Shown here: positions 24,701-37,103 of the stretch, piece after piece
How positions within the stretch are numbered: the first letter of the stretch is position 1
Layout of the letters: each line of letters begins with the position of its first letter
NCBI RefSeq assembly: GCF_000143415.4
Contig: NW_003314393.1
Coordinates: 1 to 64,000, forward strand
Direction of reading: 5' to 3'
Source: Selaginella moellendorffii
Lineage: Eukaryota; Plantae; Lycopodiophyta
DNA length: 64,000 bases
Notes under the pieces: generated by a model
Seen by the model: the letters and a program-made list of their open reading frames with translations, nothing else
What the model was told of the DNA's origin: nothing
Database searches by the model: none
Program-made: the position numbers and the translations under genes

Positions 24701-25039
24701 ATTCTTGAGGTGCTTCATCAACTATCATCAGGATAATTGGTTCGATATCCTTCCCCTTGCTGAGTTTTCCTATAACAACTCTATTCACTCCTCTCTTCGA
24801 ATTTCCCCCTTCTTTGCAAACTCTGGCCGAAATCCCCAATTCAATCTCTCACTTCCTTCTCCATCCGAATCCTCTCATTCAAATCCCCACTCTGAGGCAT
24901 TTCTCTCCAACCTCCAAGAAATCCACAACTCCATCTCCTTCCACCTCCATCGTGCTCAGGAATCTCACAAAACATTTGCCAATGTCCATCGTCAGGATTG
25001 TCCCCCTTACAATATCGGGGATAAAGTTTGGCTCCTCAG
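21758..25039 (+). pseudogene. pol: Gypsy pol (PR-RT-RNaseH-INT), 5' part
   Basis: ALLDSGAT protease, VYLDDILIYS RT, EADASDFAIGAVL RNase H, H..H..CDTC and SMDF/VSDRG/QSER integrase; cut after KVWLLR by E2. Confidence 0.95.
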
Positions 25040-25763
25040 ATGCTCTATTTCGTTAAAGTGGGATTTATTCAGTAAAATGGGACTAGGTACAAATTTTCAA
25101 GTATTTGAAAATGACGTGAAATTATATGTTTTTTGTCCAGGGGCTAGACATATTTGGGGCATGGTAACTAGCGCGGTGACTTTGTGTCCAGACTGAGTCC
25201 ATCTGGTTGTATAATAAATCTCATTGTCAAGGTGAACAAGCTGAATCTGAAGCTAAAGAAGAGCGATGGCATGCGCGCACACACTATTTGTTTGTTCATT
25301 GAGCGTGTGGTGAGCTTTCCAAGATGAACGTCATTCCTATTAGCCAGACATATAACTTAATGGTGAGAACATTTAGATATTATTCAATGTTATCTTTTTC
25401 TAACGAATCTAATTGTGAAGGTGTAGCAAGAGGCATTGCTAGTCTGGAGAAGTCATTTAACTCATTTGACCCTTAGTGTATTTTCATGAAACTAAATAAC
25501 ATTCATATTATTAAGGAATTTCTCTAGTACCTTTTTTTTACGACATAGAGGCTTGCATTTCTTTCAAAGGTGATTTAGTAAAAGGCCTGAGGGCACATGC
25601 CATTCTATTTCTCAGACCGGTATTAAGATATACTAGTGCAAAGGGAAAAAGGTATTTGGTGATCAAGTAAATGGCATGAGGGCACACGCCATTATAAGCC
25701 TAAGCGCTAGTGGACACCTCCTTTTTGGTACTCTCAGCGGTACTACCATCCTTCTCCGGGTTA

Positions 25764-26439
25764 GTGGCACCCTTTTGGCTCCATTTTGAGGCTTTAAGAT
25801 TTGTGTCTCACAACTCTACCACCTCTAGACAAAGTTCAATGTCCTTATTGAATGATAAACCATTTTATAAAGTAACCCCATTATAGATTACTATTTTTAT
25901 CCTTAGCACTAAACTAAAATTTGTTAATGCTCACCATATAGTCTTTCCAATTTAAAGTCTCATTAGATCACCAATGGTAGTTCTTTACCTTTGTTTATTT
26001 AGTTCTCACTAAACTTGTTAGAGACACCTTCTCAATCTCAATCTTAATACTCATTCTGGAGTATTCTCAGCCTCTACCAATATAACCATCACACTCTAGA
26101 ACTTTAATATTGACATCTTGAATCAATTTCCTAGGTGTGTCTGACACCTTGCATTGTATCAATTATACAAACATCACTTCCCCATCATAAGAAGTTCTTT
26201 ACTTGAGGGCACTATCATCCTCTTTTTTATTTCGTACCACCTTTGGCACTAAATTTCACTTATCCATAATTCATGCTAGGGCTATCCATGACTTTATCAC
26301 TTGGTTACTTTGCCACTTTATCTCTCTAGGAGCGTTCACCTTTGCCAAATTAAAGCATTTAAGAATTCCATCCTTGTCTACTATAATGGACTATGGACAC
26401 GGATCCGTTGAAATGGGAGAGGTGGGTCATCTTTACCCT
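25764..26439 (-). repeat. 676-bp inverted copy of E1's right flanking DNA (17069-17744) inside E2
   Basis: Reverse complement of 17069-17744, including E1's TSD (CCCT at 26436-26439), followed by a second right TIR. Confidence 0.92.
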
Positions 26440-29400
26440 ATGCTCTATTTCGTTAAAGTGGGATTTATTCAGTAAAATGGGACTAGGTACAAATTTTCAA
26501 GTATTTGAAAATGACGTGAAATTATATGTTTTTTGTCCAGGGGCTAGACATATCTGGGGCATGGTGACTAGCGCGGTGACTTTGTGTCCAGACTGAGTCC
26601 ATCTGGTTGTATAATAAATCTCATTGTCAAGGTGAACAAGCCGAATCTGAAGCTAAAGAAGAGCGATGGCATGCGCGCACACACTATTTGTTTGTTCATT
26701 GAGCGTGTGGTGAGCTTTCCAAGATGAACGTCATTCCTATTAGCCAGACATATAACTTAATGGTGAGAACATTTAGATATTATTCAATGTTATCTTTTTC
26801 TAACGAATCTAATTGTGAAGGTGTAGCAAGAGGCATTGCTAGTTTGGAGAAGTCATTTAACTCATTTGACCCTTAGTGTATTTTCATGAAACTAAATAAC
26901 ATTCATATTATTAAGGAATTTCTCTAGTACCTTTTTTTTACGACATAGAGGCTTGCATTTATTTCAAAGGTGATTTAGTAAAAGGCCTGAGGGCACATGC
27001 CATTCTATTTCTCAAACTGGTATTAAGATATACTAGTGCAAAGGGAAAAAGGTATTTGGTGATCAAGTAAATGGCATGAGGGCACACGCCATTATAAGCC
27101 TAAGTGCTAGTGGACACCTCCTTTTTGGTACTCTCAGCGGTACTATCATCCTTCACCGGGTCAGTTGTTTTGCTTTGGATTGTTGTCTCTGACGTTACTG
27201 GGGCGTTCTCGATAGTTGTTAATGTTGCCGTTTGTTCAGAAAAATGATCACCTGGAGTATAGTACGGGGAGTTTGGAAGACTTATATATTCTACATCTTC
27301 ACATATCTCCTTCTCCGTCTCCTTTTCTGCCTCACTTACAGATTTTGTGCTTGCCATGAGAACGCTCTTCACCCTAAAATATGGAGTTCGTTGTGTTATA
27401 AAAGGAAACCAACACACACTCTGCAAGGGAATGATGGTACATAAAGCACGTAAGCCCACAATATGGGTTTATGTGCCATTAATATGGGCCACACACCATA
27501 TTATTAGATTTATGCACGTGTGATTGGTAAATGCATATGTCACATCATCTTTGTTTTACCTCACACACTATATCAGGCCTAATGAACCATATCACATGTG
27601 CGCACATGCTATATATATGGAGAAGTATAGAAAAATTCAATGCATGATTGTGGAGAGCAATGGCATGAAGCCACATGCTAAATAACATTTTAGAGAAAGA
27701 ATTAAAATAAAAACATGCAAACAGTACTAAGTGGACCAAGACTTAGAAGTGCACAATTGAATGAGGTATTTCTAATAAATACTTCACTCACCTCATATAG
27801 GAATGGCTACCACTCTCAAATGGCGTATCGCCTCATGCCATCACCTCGCAATTTGTTATAACAATCCGATGAATTCATATTCGGCTTGTTCACCTTGAAC
27901 TTTAAGTAAGATTTACTAGAACAACTAAGAATTTATACTTGTTATTTGTATCATCTCACCTAGGAATGGCGTAAGGCCACATGCCATCACGCCTCCTCTG
28001 ATTCAGATTCGGATTGTTCACCTTGAAATAAAATACATTAGAAACTTAGTAAAGGAATATTCATGAATCTCACCTTGAACCCGGGTTATGAATGCTCTTG
28101 CTGCATCTCTTGCATGGTCTGGCAAGGTGATGGTGGCACTCTGCTTCCGCATCCAACCATGCACAACATTATCCACCGATATGCTCATGCTGGGATCCAT
28201 TGGATTCAGCACCCATATCTTTTCTAGGCAATCCTTCGTATATCCGGAACTTGGCTTGAACCACTCCACAGTTACATTGAAGGAGTTAGTTTCCGCGTCC
28301 TCCTCTGCATCAGTGATGCAGCGCCCCACCCATATCATTTGTTTTTTATTACTGGGTCTGATAAGCACGACCATTCCTTTGCAGACCTGTACTGGATTGA
28401 ATGCTGAATCCGGCTTCTTGTTCCTCGGCCCACAATAGTGATCCTCAACATCGTTATCTGTCACTGCATTTCCAGAGGACATTGTTCCGCTACTATCTAG
28501 TGCTCTGGGTTTTGGCCAAAAGGACTCTTCCAATTCTTCATATACAACCAGCCCATTTTGGATAGCAGATATAATCTTCTCCCAGTATTCGAGCAAAGGC
28601 TTGCACCTCTGAAAATAGGATTCTCCACCAAACACCAACCCCCTCTTCCAGAAGGCAATATGCTGTCTAATCCCGGCCACTATACTTTCCTGGTCTTTGA
28701 GTCCATCCGGGTGCATCGGCCGTGGGGAACCCTGAGGAATCATAGGTTCCCCAGTTATGGGATCTCTCTTGAAGAGTTCAATGCCGTCCACTGGCAGCCA
28801 CACTGTGTCCCATTCTCTCATCTTGTACCTCATCACTGGAGCACCGTCACACATGCTGAAATGAAACTGAAGAGGCTTGGAGTGGCCAATCAGCGTTTCG
28901 GATCCGTCCCTGATGTAGCCTCTTACAAACCCCTTAAAGTCTGGAACCTCTGTCAGAAGTGCAGCTTCAACAGTGCCTTTGATGCAATTTTGGAATTCAT
29001 CGTAGAGTTGTGGGAGGGTGAGGACATTGGATCGCCGGAGGGACTCTGCCAGGTGACTGAACATAGCATCGACATCTTCATGAGTGTGCCCAACCATGAG
29101 AAAGCCAAGTGTAACCGTTTCAAATATGCCTTTGGCAACAAGCATCGCCAAGTACGCGAAGACGTACATGTTTTTGTTCTCACTGCCAGCATTGTCTGTT
29201 TGGAGCAGAAGATGGGGTGGAAGGCCACATCGGCCGCAAGAACTTCCTTGAGATTCTGCTTCGTTTGGATGAGGCTGTGCATTCACCGGGCGACCAGCCT
29301 CGTCGGAATGGCATGAGGCCTCACGTGATAACCCTACAATCTGACAGCCAACATATTCACTAGGATGGCATGGGGCCCCACGCGATACTGCAAGCCTTTG

Positions 29401-29909
29401 CTCCTCCTCCAGCTGAACCCTGTATGGGGTTCAATCGACAAGGGCCTTATGCAAGGGTTGGCCGTTCAACTCAGTCTGCGCACTTTGAAGAGACCTTAAG
29501 TGTTTTGCTAAGGACGCAATCATCATGTTTGCACCCCCGCCACCCCATAGAGGTACAAAGAAGTTCCCATAGTTCTGGGCACCATGCCCATGAGCGATTA
29601 TGCCAAACAGAGACACAGGCAGCTGCATGGATGAAGAGATTGCCTTGGGGGCAGGATTGAGTCGAGGTAAGCACGTCTTTTTCTGGTCCATTTTGTCATG
29701 GATGATGCAGAGGTAAGAGTCAGGTCTCTCCATGGAGAGAATCCTGTTATGATAATATGCAGTCCTGCAGCTTCTTTGCTCGATGTTGTGGTCGAGCCAC
29801 CTTCTAACTAACGTCTCTCGCTCTTGAGCGCTACAAGAATTCTTCGACAAAGCTATTTTGATAGCAGTGCACTTGTCACACTTTGAAAAGCGTGGAGTAC
29901 TTTCCTATA

Positions 29910-31037
29910 TGTAAGCGACTAAATTTTCCATTCTACTTTAGTCACTTAACCACACCTCTGACCACTTGGAGGAGTCTCATTCACAACCTCCATAAGTCCA
30001 ATCCAGGACTTGGGGCTTGCTAGCCCCGAGAATGGCATCCATGCCACTCAACATTTGCACTTGGTCCAAATGCTCCACGTGTCCGATCCCATGACCGACA
30101 CTCAAAGGTACCACCGACATAGCAGCCCGTTACGCTAAGGCCATGCCCAATCACCTTTTCCACACTGGTAGTCCAATACCACTTGCATCACCGTCTTGGC
30201 TCTCCAAGACTTAGGCAAACCATCCGTGAGTGGTCATCTCAGATCCACTCCTTAGCATCCTTAGGACGCCCACCGACAAGGGGAATAGCCTTCCCCAATA
30301 TCCCTCTGTCAGTCCCCACTAAGTCCCTTTCTGCCCCTGGCGGTGTTTGCCAACACTGCCATTGGATCGAGACCCACAGGCTCGACCACTAAGTCCCACG
30401 GTCCTCTGGGACTTCCTCACCACACGACTATGTCCTTGGTCACTACCCCAGAGGACTGCTCCTCTTCCTTTCCACAGTCTGGGCCTTTGGGACAACATTT
30501 CGGAACACCGTGGCCTTACGCAAGCCACCTGGGTACTCTCCTCGCCTTTCGCCTTTAGGTGCTCTAGCCATGGGCTTAGAGCGAGGTTCCGTTGAGCCAC
30601 GACAGGTATCCAAGTAGGTAGTGCCACCCACACTTGGACTGGGAGCATCGGCCAGTCGATCTCCCGGGGGAACTAGAGCCGGCTCTTGAACACTTCACCA
30701 AGCTACCCCGCTTGTCGGTCCGTGTTCACTCTAGTCTTGGACTTCCCAGTGGGCAGCTCATCACCCAACACTGGGTCCGGCCTTCCTGGGCCAAAGTGGC
30801 CTTTCCTGGCCAAACTGGCTCCACTGCAGTCCTCCCCCTACTATACTTTTGGAGCTCACCAAACCCCCCAGGGTCTGGGAGACGAACGCTTTGGGCTTTC
30901 ACCCTCTCAGGCTCCGGACTCGGACTCGGACTCGGACTCGGACTCGGACTCGGACTCGGACTCGGACTCGGACTCGGACTCGGGCTCGGGCTCGGTCTCA
31001 GCCTCGGCCTCGGTCTCGGTCTCGGTCTCGGTCCCGA

Positions 31038-31075
<38 letters not shown>

Positions 31076-34000
31076 CCGGTCTCGGTCTCGGTCTCGGTCC
31101 CGGTCTCGGTCTCGACTTCGGACTCCATCTCGGACTCCATCTTGGACTCCATCTCGGACTCCATCTTGGACTCCATCTCGGACTCCATCTCGGACTCCGT
31201 CTCGGACTCCAACTCGAGTCCATCTCGGACACTCCCACGTGTCATGTGTTGGTCCTTTTGGGTCCCTTTTTGGAGCCTTGCCTTTTGCTCGCTTCGTGCT
31301 CGTTCCTCAAGCACTTCGTTGGGAGTTCCACTCCCGCTCTTGACTTTTCAAGTCGGAGCTTTTGGTCCAAACGTGTTACGCTCGTTTGGCTCTCGCTTCG
31401 GCCACTACCATGTGGCGCCCTTCCGGCTCCACTTTGGGGCCTAGGGATTTTGTGTCTCACAACTCCACCACCCATAGACGAAGTTCGATGTCCTCATCGA
31501 ACGGTAAACCATTTTATAAAGTAACACCCGCACGTGTTACCATTTACATCCTTGGCACCTAGCCAATATTTGTCAAGGGTTTGACATTGAAGGCTCACCA
31601 TGCCTTTTGCATATTCTTTAATGGTTTGACACCAAAGGCTCACCATGCCTTGCCTATCCTCTAAGGAGGGTAGTCTCTCCAACTTAGAGACTGATTGGAC
31701 CACATGTAGTGGTTCTCTCCTTTTAGTGGTTTAGTTCCCGCTAAACCTCTTAGAGACCCTTCTCTAAGTCAATCCCACTACTCCTTCTTGAGTAGTCTCG
31801 ATTTCCATCGATATAACCTTTGCACTTTGGAACTTTGAATTTTGACTTCTTGGAGTCAATTTCCTAGGTGTCTCCGACACCTTGCCTTGCACCTTTTTGT
31901 GCAACTCCACTTCCCATCCTAGGAAGTTCTCTACTCGAGGGCACCATCATCCTCTCTTCTATTTTGTGCCAAAGTTCCAGTTATCATACTTTGTGCTAAG
32001 GCTGTTCATGGCCCTATCATTTGGCTACCTTACCGCTCTCTTCTTTGGAGCTTCCACTTTCGCCAAATCGGAGCATTTCGGAATCCTTCCTTGGAAACAC
32101 ACTTCCTTTCCCGCAACTTGTTAGCGTCCAACACATTAGTGTTCCTCGCCTAACTTTGTCACTTGGATTCCTTCCAAGGGATTCCACGGCCCTATCTTGG
32201 CCACTCATCTTTTGCTCCTATCCGTTGATTGTTGCACCAAGCAACATCGAATCTCTACCTCCCTTCTTGAGGTATTGTTTCGGTTCCATAGCAAAGACTC
32301 TTCTTTGCCAAGTCCGGAGGATGTTCACCCCTAGTATGTCTCTTTAGCATCTTCTGCTATGGGCTCTATCCACGGCCCAACTTCGTGACCCTCCCATGGG
32401 TCTTTTATAGAGACTACTTTCCTCGGACTCACTATGCCATCGCACGGACATAGTTTATTTCCCTTAGGTGCTCTTCCCACTTGGTCATCACGACCAAGTC
32501 ACACCACCTTAAATAGTTCAATTTCAACATTTTGAACCAGGAACTTCATTCCTTAGCCAACCAAGGACCTTGTCCTTATCTGGCCATAAGATCACCTAGT
32601 GATCTCACCTTGGCACCTTAACAGAGCTGCCAAGAGGTACTTGGTCTTCTAGACCTCCAAGTTGTTGACTATAACCCCGGGGGCATCCCCCACACTTGGC
32701 GGTGCACCCAAGCCAGCCCTTACGGCCAAGGGTTCATAGCAACTGAGATTAGGTGTCCCCATCTCACTCACCACGACCTTGGTGCCACTTGCACCAAAGC
32801 GTTCAAGTTAGATATGCTGAGCTTTCACACTAAGCAATCTAACCGTGCATCACGACTCCGAGGCATCCCTCGCTTGGCGGTGTGCCCAAACCAGTCTCCA
32901 CACTGAGAGTCCATGACCACCGAAATATGAGTGTCCTCATATTCCAAACCATCACCACGCCCTAGTGATTTGGGACTCGAACCCAAGCACTAGAGGGTCG
33001 GGACTCGAACCCAACCTCCGTATATGCATCTACGGACGGCATCACACAAGATGCCTGGCGTGACTCCCCACGCCGGTGCACCAACTTATTTTTAAAGCGC
33101 GCTACAGATCACAGTTTAAGAACCTAGTTCCTCCACACTGCCAAGTCCTCTCACTTGACATGTCTGTGATCATGCATGGACTCCTCCATGCTCGGCCCCA
33201 TGGCCCACCCTTTTTGAAGTTATCACCTTCAACTAGGGTATTTGTTCCCCCGACGTGCCAATCTCGCTTGGCAAGTCCTCCGACCACTGTAACATGGTTC
33301 CTGCATAAGCGTGAAAGTCCTTGACCATCGACTTTCGTTCAAAGCCCTCTCTTTGAACACTCGGGAACTACTTCCCTAACCTTGATAGCCTTGCCTCATG
33401 GCAAGCTTCAAGACCACGCTTCTGCTGCGCCACTCTGATTTCGCGCGTTCCATGAACCATTTACACTTGGCCTTTCTAGGTACTAAGCTACCTAGAATCG
33501 TCTTTGGGAACTTTGAAGGAACTCTGTCCCTCAGCTTGCTAAGGCCTCCCTTTTTGCAAGCCTTCCAAATGCCACATAGTCTAACATGGACAATTCCATA
33601 TTTTAGACTCTCCATGGCATCACGATTGCTAGCGGCAACACCCTCGAGCCCCCCACTTGATTCTCCACTCCCAGCTGGCATAACCAACCTTGGTTATCCC
33701 CTTTGATTCCTACGGTTTGGTTCTATCCCCTTACTTCTTGCTTTTTGGCTTCACACCTTTCCTTTGGTCATTCTCCTCCAGACCAGGAGGATAGCTTTGC
33801 ACTTTCTATCATGCTTTAGCAAGTATTCTTAGGGATGAACCTACCCAATAGCCTAGGGAGGGCTTCCTCAATCCGGGTATGCTCACCTTATAATCCCACA
33901 CACTGGGATTACATTGTTGCTTATGGGCCTTTGCATGCCCATCACTAGCCTTGCCAAAATTCCATTTTTGGCTTTGTCCAACTCGGGTAGACAGTCCTCT

Positions 34001-36709
34001 TCTGTCTCCGTAACCTTGGACATTTGGATAGCACCTTCTATCCATCATTCGCTAGGGACTTAGTCCTTTGGGCTTTATCCATTGCCCTCGCGACATCAAA
34101 CACCACCTTCTGGTGTTCTAGAGTGTTTGGGTGTCCCAATGATGGTTTTTTTTTGACAATGAGTATTTCCTTTTATGACATTGACTTACTATATCGCAAC
34201 ACAGGCAACTTATCCCCCGTAAGGGTGTATCCGACTTCCCTATGCTATTAAGAAGTCTTGGGTAGCTACCTTCTACCTGTTCAACCAGTTATTTTGCACC
34301 TCTTGCTTAGTTGCCTCATAGTTGTCAAGTCCTACAACTCATTGTTTGGTGCTTTCACACCTCCATCATTATCTGGGTCACCACACTCCAACTACATGCT
34401 CTGCAGCTTAGGCTATGCCATTCCCATTTCCATTGGGATTCCTTTGGCAAGGGGTTCTCATGAACCCACCAACATAGCCTCAAGGTATCACACCTTGGCA
34501 CATTTGTTGTCTCCACACCATCGGCTCCACGAGCCTACCTCTATGACACTTCCCCTTCGTGTTTATGTCTTTGCCAAGACCAACACCGCTCTTTCTCATG
34601 CCAACCATCCGTTAGCACTGCACCATAGAGGTCACACACAACTTTGCGTCAAAGTTGTTTTCTTTTTGGGAACACCTTTCCCACGACTTTAGCATGGCAC
34701 ATTTTGCCATCGATGAGATACCCTCTGTTCTCATCCTTGGATCCTATGATCCCCCCCCATCCTTTGTGGGGTACAACACACCACAGTCCAAATGCTTCCA
34801 TCAGTCCTTTTAGGACCATCCGTTGACTCTACTTGAGTCATCTAGCAGTTTTGGACTTGGTTAATCCACAGACCCGTAAGGTCCTACTTGTGAGGCACTA
34901 GCTCACTGGAATACACTTCTTGCATTCCTGTCCTACTCAAAAGGACTATTTTCACAAGTGTTACTCCGACACTTGATTTTGTTCTCTGGGGGCAACTTTT
35001 GCCCCTTAGGACTACTTGTCCATGCGATGAGAATACCACTCATCTCTAAGTACACCCCCCAACTCCTTGGGTTGTTCTAGCATTTATTAAGGGTAGCCCC
35101 GACTACCATTTCAAGGACTTGAGTCCTCTTCCGCATTTGACCTCCCACGGTCATTACTTCTGGTCTCACATTCATGAGCACCAACCTCAACTATATGAGG
35201 ATAATCTTGTGACTCCTTTATTGCTTTGGAGTCTTTATCTTTCCCGTGATCCCAACTGTAGTTGTTTACCACAACTACATTAGCCAGTTTGCTAAGTCAA
35301 ACGCTCCTCTGGATCACATCCTCAACTCTCTGAGGAAAACCATATACTGTTCCCAAGATCCCAAAGTCGTTCCATTATTGGCCCTTTTCTATCCACCACC
35401 TCGTCTACAAGTTCATACATGAACTGTAATGGAGAGCCATGTCTTCCCGACTTGCTACTCCTCAAGGATAGGCCCACTCCTCGGACCTTTCGATGCCAAC
35501 ACTAGTGGTGATATACTTGAGCACCAATAAAAGTCGGACTAAGGAACAGCTCCGATACCAAATTGTAAGCGACTAAATTTTCCATTCTACTTTAGTCACT
35601 TAACCACACCTCTGACCACTTGGAGGAGTCTCATTCACAACCTCCATAAGTCCAATCCAGGACTTGGGGCTTGCTAGCCCCGAGAATGGCATCCATGCCA
35701 CTCAACATTTGCACTTGGTCCAAATGCTCCACGTGTCCGATCCCATGACCGACACTCAAAGGTACCACCGACATAGCAGCCCGTTACGCTAAGGCCATGC
35801 CCAATCACCTTTGCCACACTGGTAGTCCAATACCACTTGCATCACCGTCTTGGCTCTCCAAGACTTAGGCAAACCATCCGTGAGTGGTCATCTCAGATCC
35901 ACTCCTTAGCATCCTTAGGACGCCCACCGACAAGGGGAATAGCCTTCCCCAATATCCCTCTGTCAGTCCCCACTAAGTCCCTTTCTGCCCCTGGCGGTGT
36001 TTGCCAACACTGCCATTGGATCGAGACCCACAGGCTCGACCACTAAGTCCCACGGTCCTCTGGGACTTCCTCACCACACGACTGTGTCCTTGGTCACTAC
36101 CCCAGAGGACTGCTCCTCTTCCTTTCCACAGTCTGGGCCTTTGGGACAACATTTCGGAACACCGTGGCCTTACGCAAGCCACCTGGGTACTCTCCTCGCC
36201 TTTCGCCTTTAGGTGCTCTAGCCATGGGCTTAGAGCGAGGTTCCGTTGAGCCACGACAGGTATCCAAGTAGGTAGTGCCACCCACACTTGGACTGGGAGC
36301 ATCGGCCAGTCGATCTCCCGGGGGAACTAGAGCCGGCTCTTGAACACTTCACCAAGCTACCCCGCTTGTCGGTCCGTGTTCACTCTAGTCTTGGACTTCC
36401 CAGTGGGCAGCTCATCACCCAACACTGGGTCCGGCCTTCCTGGGCCAAACTGGCCTTTCCTGGCCAAACTGGCTCCACTGCAGTCCTCCCCCTACTATAC
36501 TTTTGGAGCTCACCAAACCCCCCAGGGTCTGGGAGACGAACGCTTTGGGCTTTCACCCTCTCAGGCTCCGGACTCGGACTCGGACTCGGACTCGGACTCG
36601 GACTCGGACTCGGACTCGGACTCGGACTCGGACTCGGGCTCGGGCTCGGTCTCAGCCTCGGCCTCGGTCTCGGTCTCGGTCTCGGTCCCGATCTCGGTCT
36701 CGGTCCCGA

Positions 36710-36741
<32 letters not shown>

Positions 36742-37103
36742 CCGGTCTCGGTCTCGACTTCGGACTCCATCTCGGACTCCATCTTGGACTCCATCTCGGA
36801 CTCCATCTTGGACTCCATCTCGGACTCCATCTCGGACTCCGTCTCGGACTCCAACTCGAGTCCATCTCGGACACTCCCACGTGTCATGTGTTGGTCCTTT
36901 TGGGTCCCTTTTTGGAGCCTTGCCTTTTGCTCGCTTCGTGCTCGTTCCTCAAGCACTTCGTTGGGAGTTCCACTCCCGCTCTTGACTTTTCAAGTCGGAG
37001 CTTTTGGTCCAAACGTGTTACGCTCGTTTGGCTCTCGCTTCGGCCACTACCATGTGGCGCCCTTCCGGCTCCACTTTGGGGCCTAGGGATTTTGTGTCTC
37101 ACA
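29910..37103 (-). mobile_element. Young non-autonomous LTR retroelement (LARD-like), 7.2 kb
   Basis: LTRs 29910-31461 and 35564-37103 almost identical; TSD CTATA (29905-29909, 37104-37108); minus-strand PBS TGGTATCGGAGC (35549-35560, tRNA-iMet type); PPT at 31462-31476; 4.1-kb internal region with no gag/pol ORF. Confidence 0.93.
30914..31231. repeat. Hexamer/dodecamer microsatellite (CGGACT, CGGTCT, GGACTCCATCTC) inside the LTR
   Basis: Directly visible; also at ~36568-36873 and, expanded, at ~47595-48068. Confidence 0.95.

Noticed and set aside
25040-25196. C-terminal tail CSISLKWDLFSK... of the 914-aa pol ORF
   Set aside because: Read-through into the E2 TIR; the true pol continues at 45135.
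30634-31524. ORFs with GLGLGL, SDSDSD, RSRSRS or PSPSPS runs (also 36288-37121 and 47231-48353) as SR or cell-wall proteins
   Set aside because: Stop-free frames produced by the hexamer microsatellite inside LTRs; open in nearly all frames.
32970-33015. tRNA gene or tRNA-derived SINE
   Set aside because: Only T-arm/B-box matches; no A-box, cloverleaf or tail seen.
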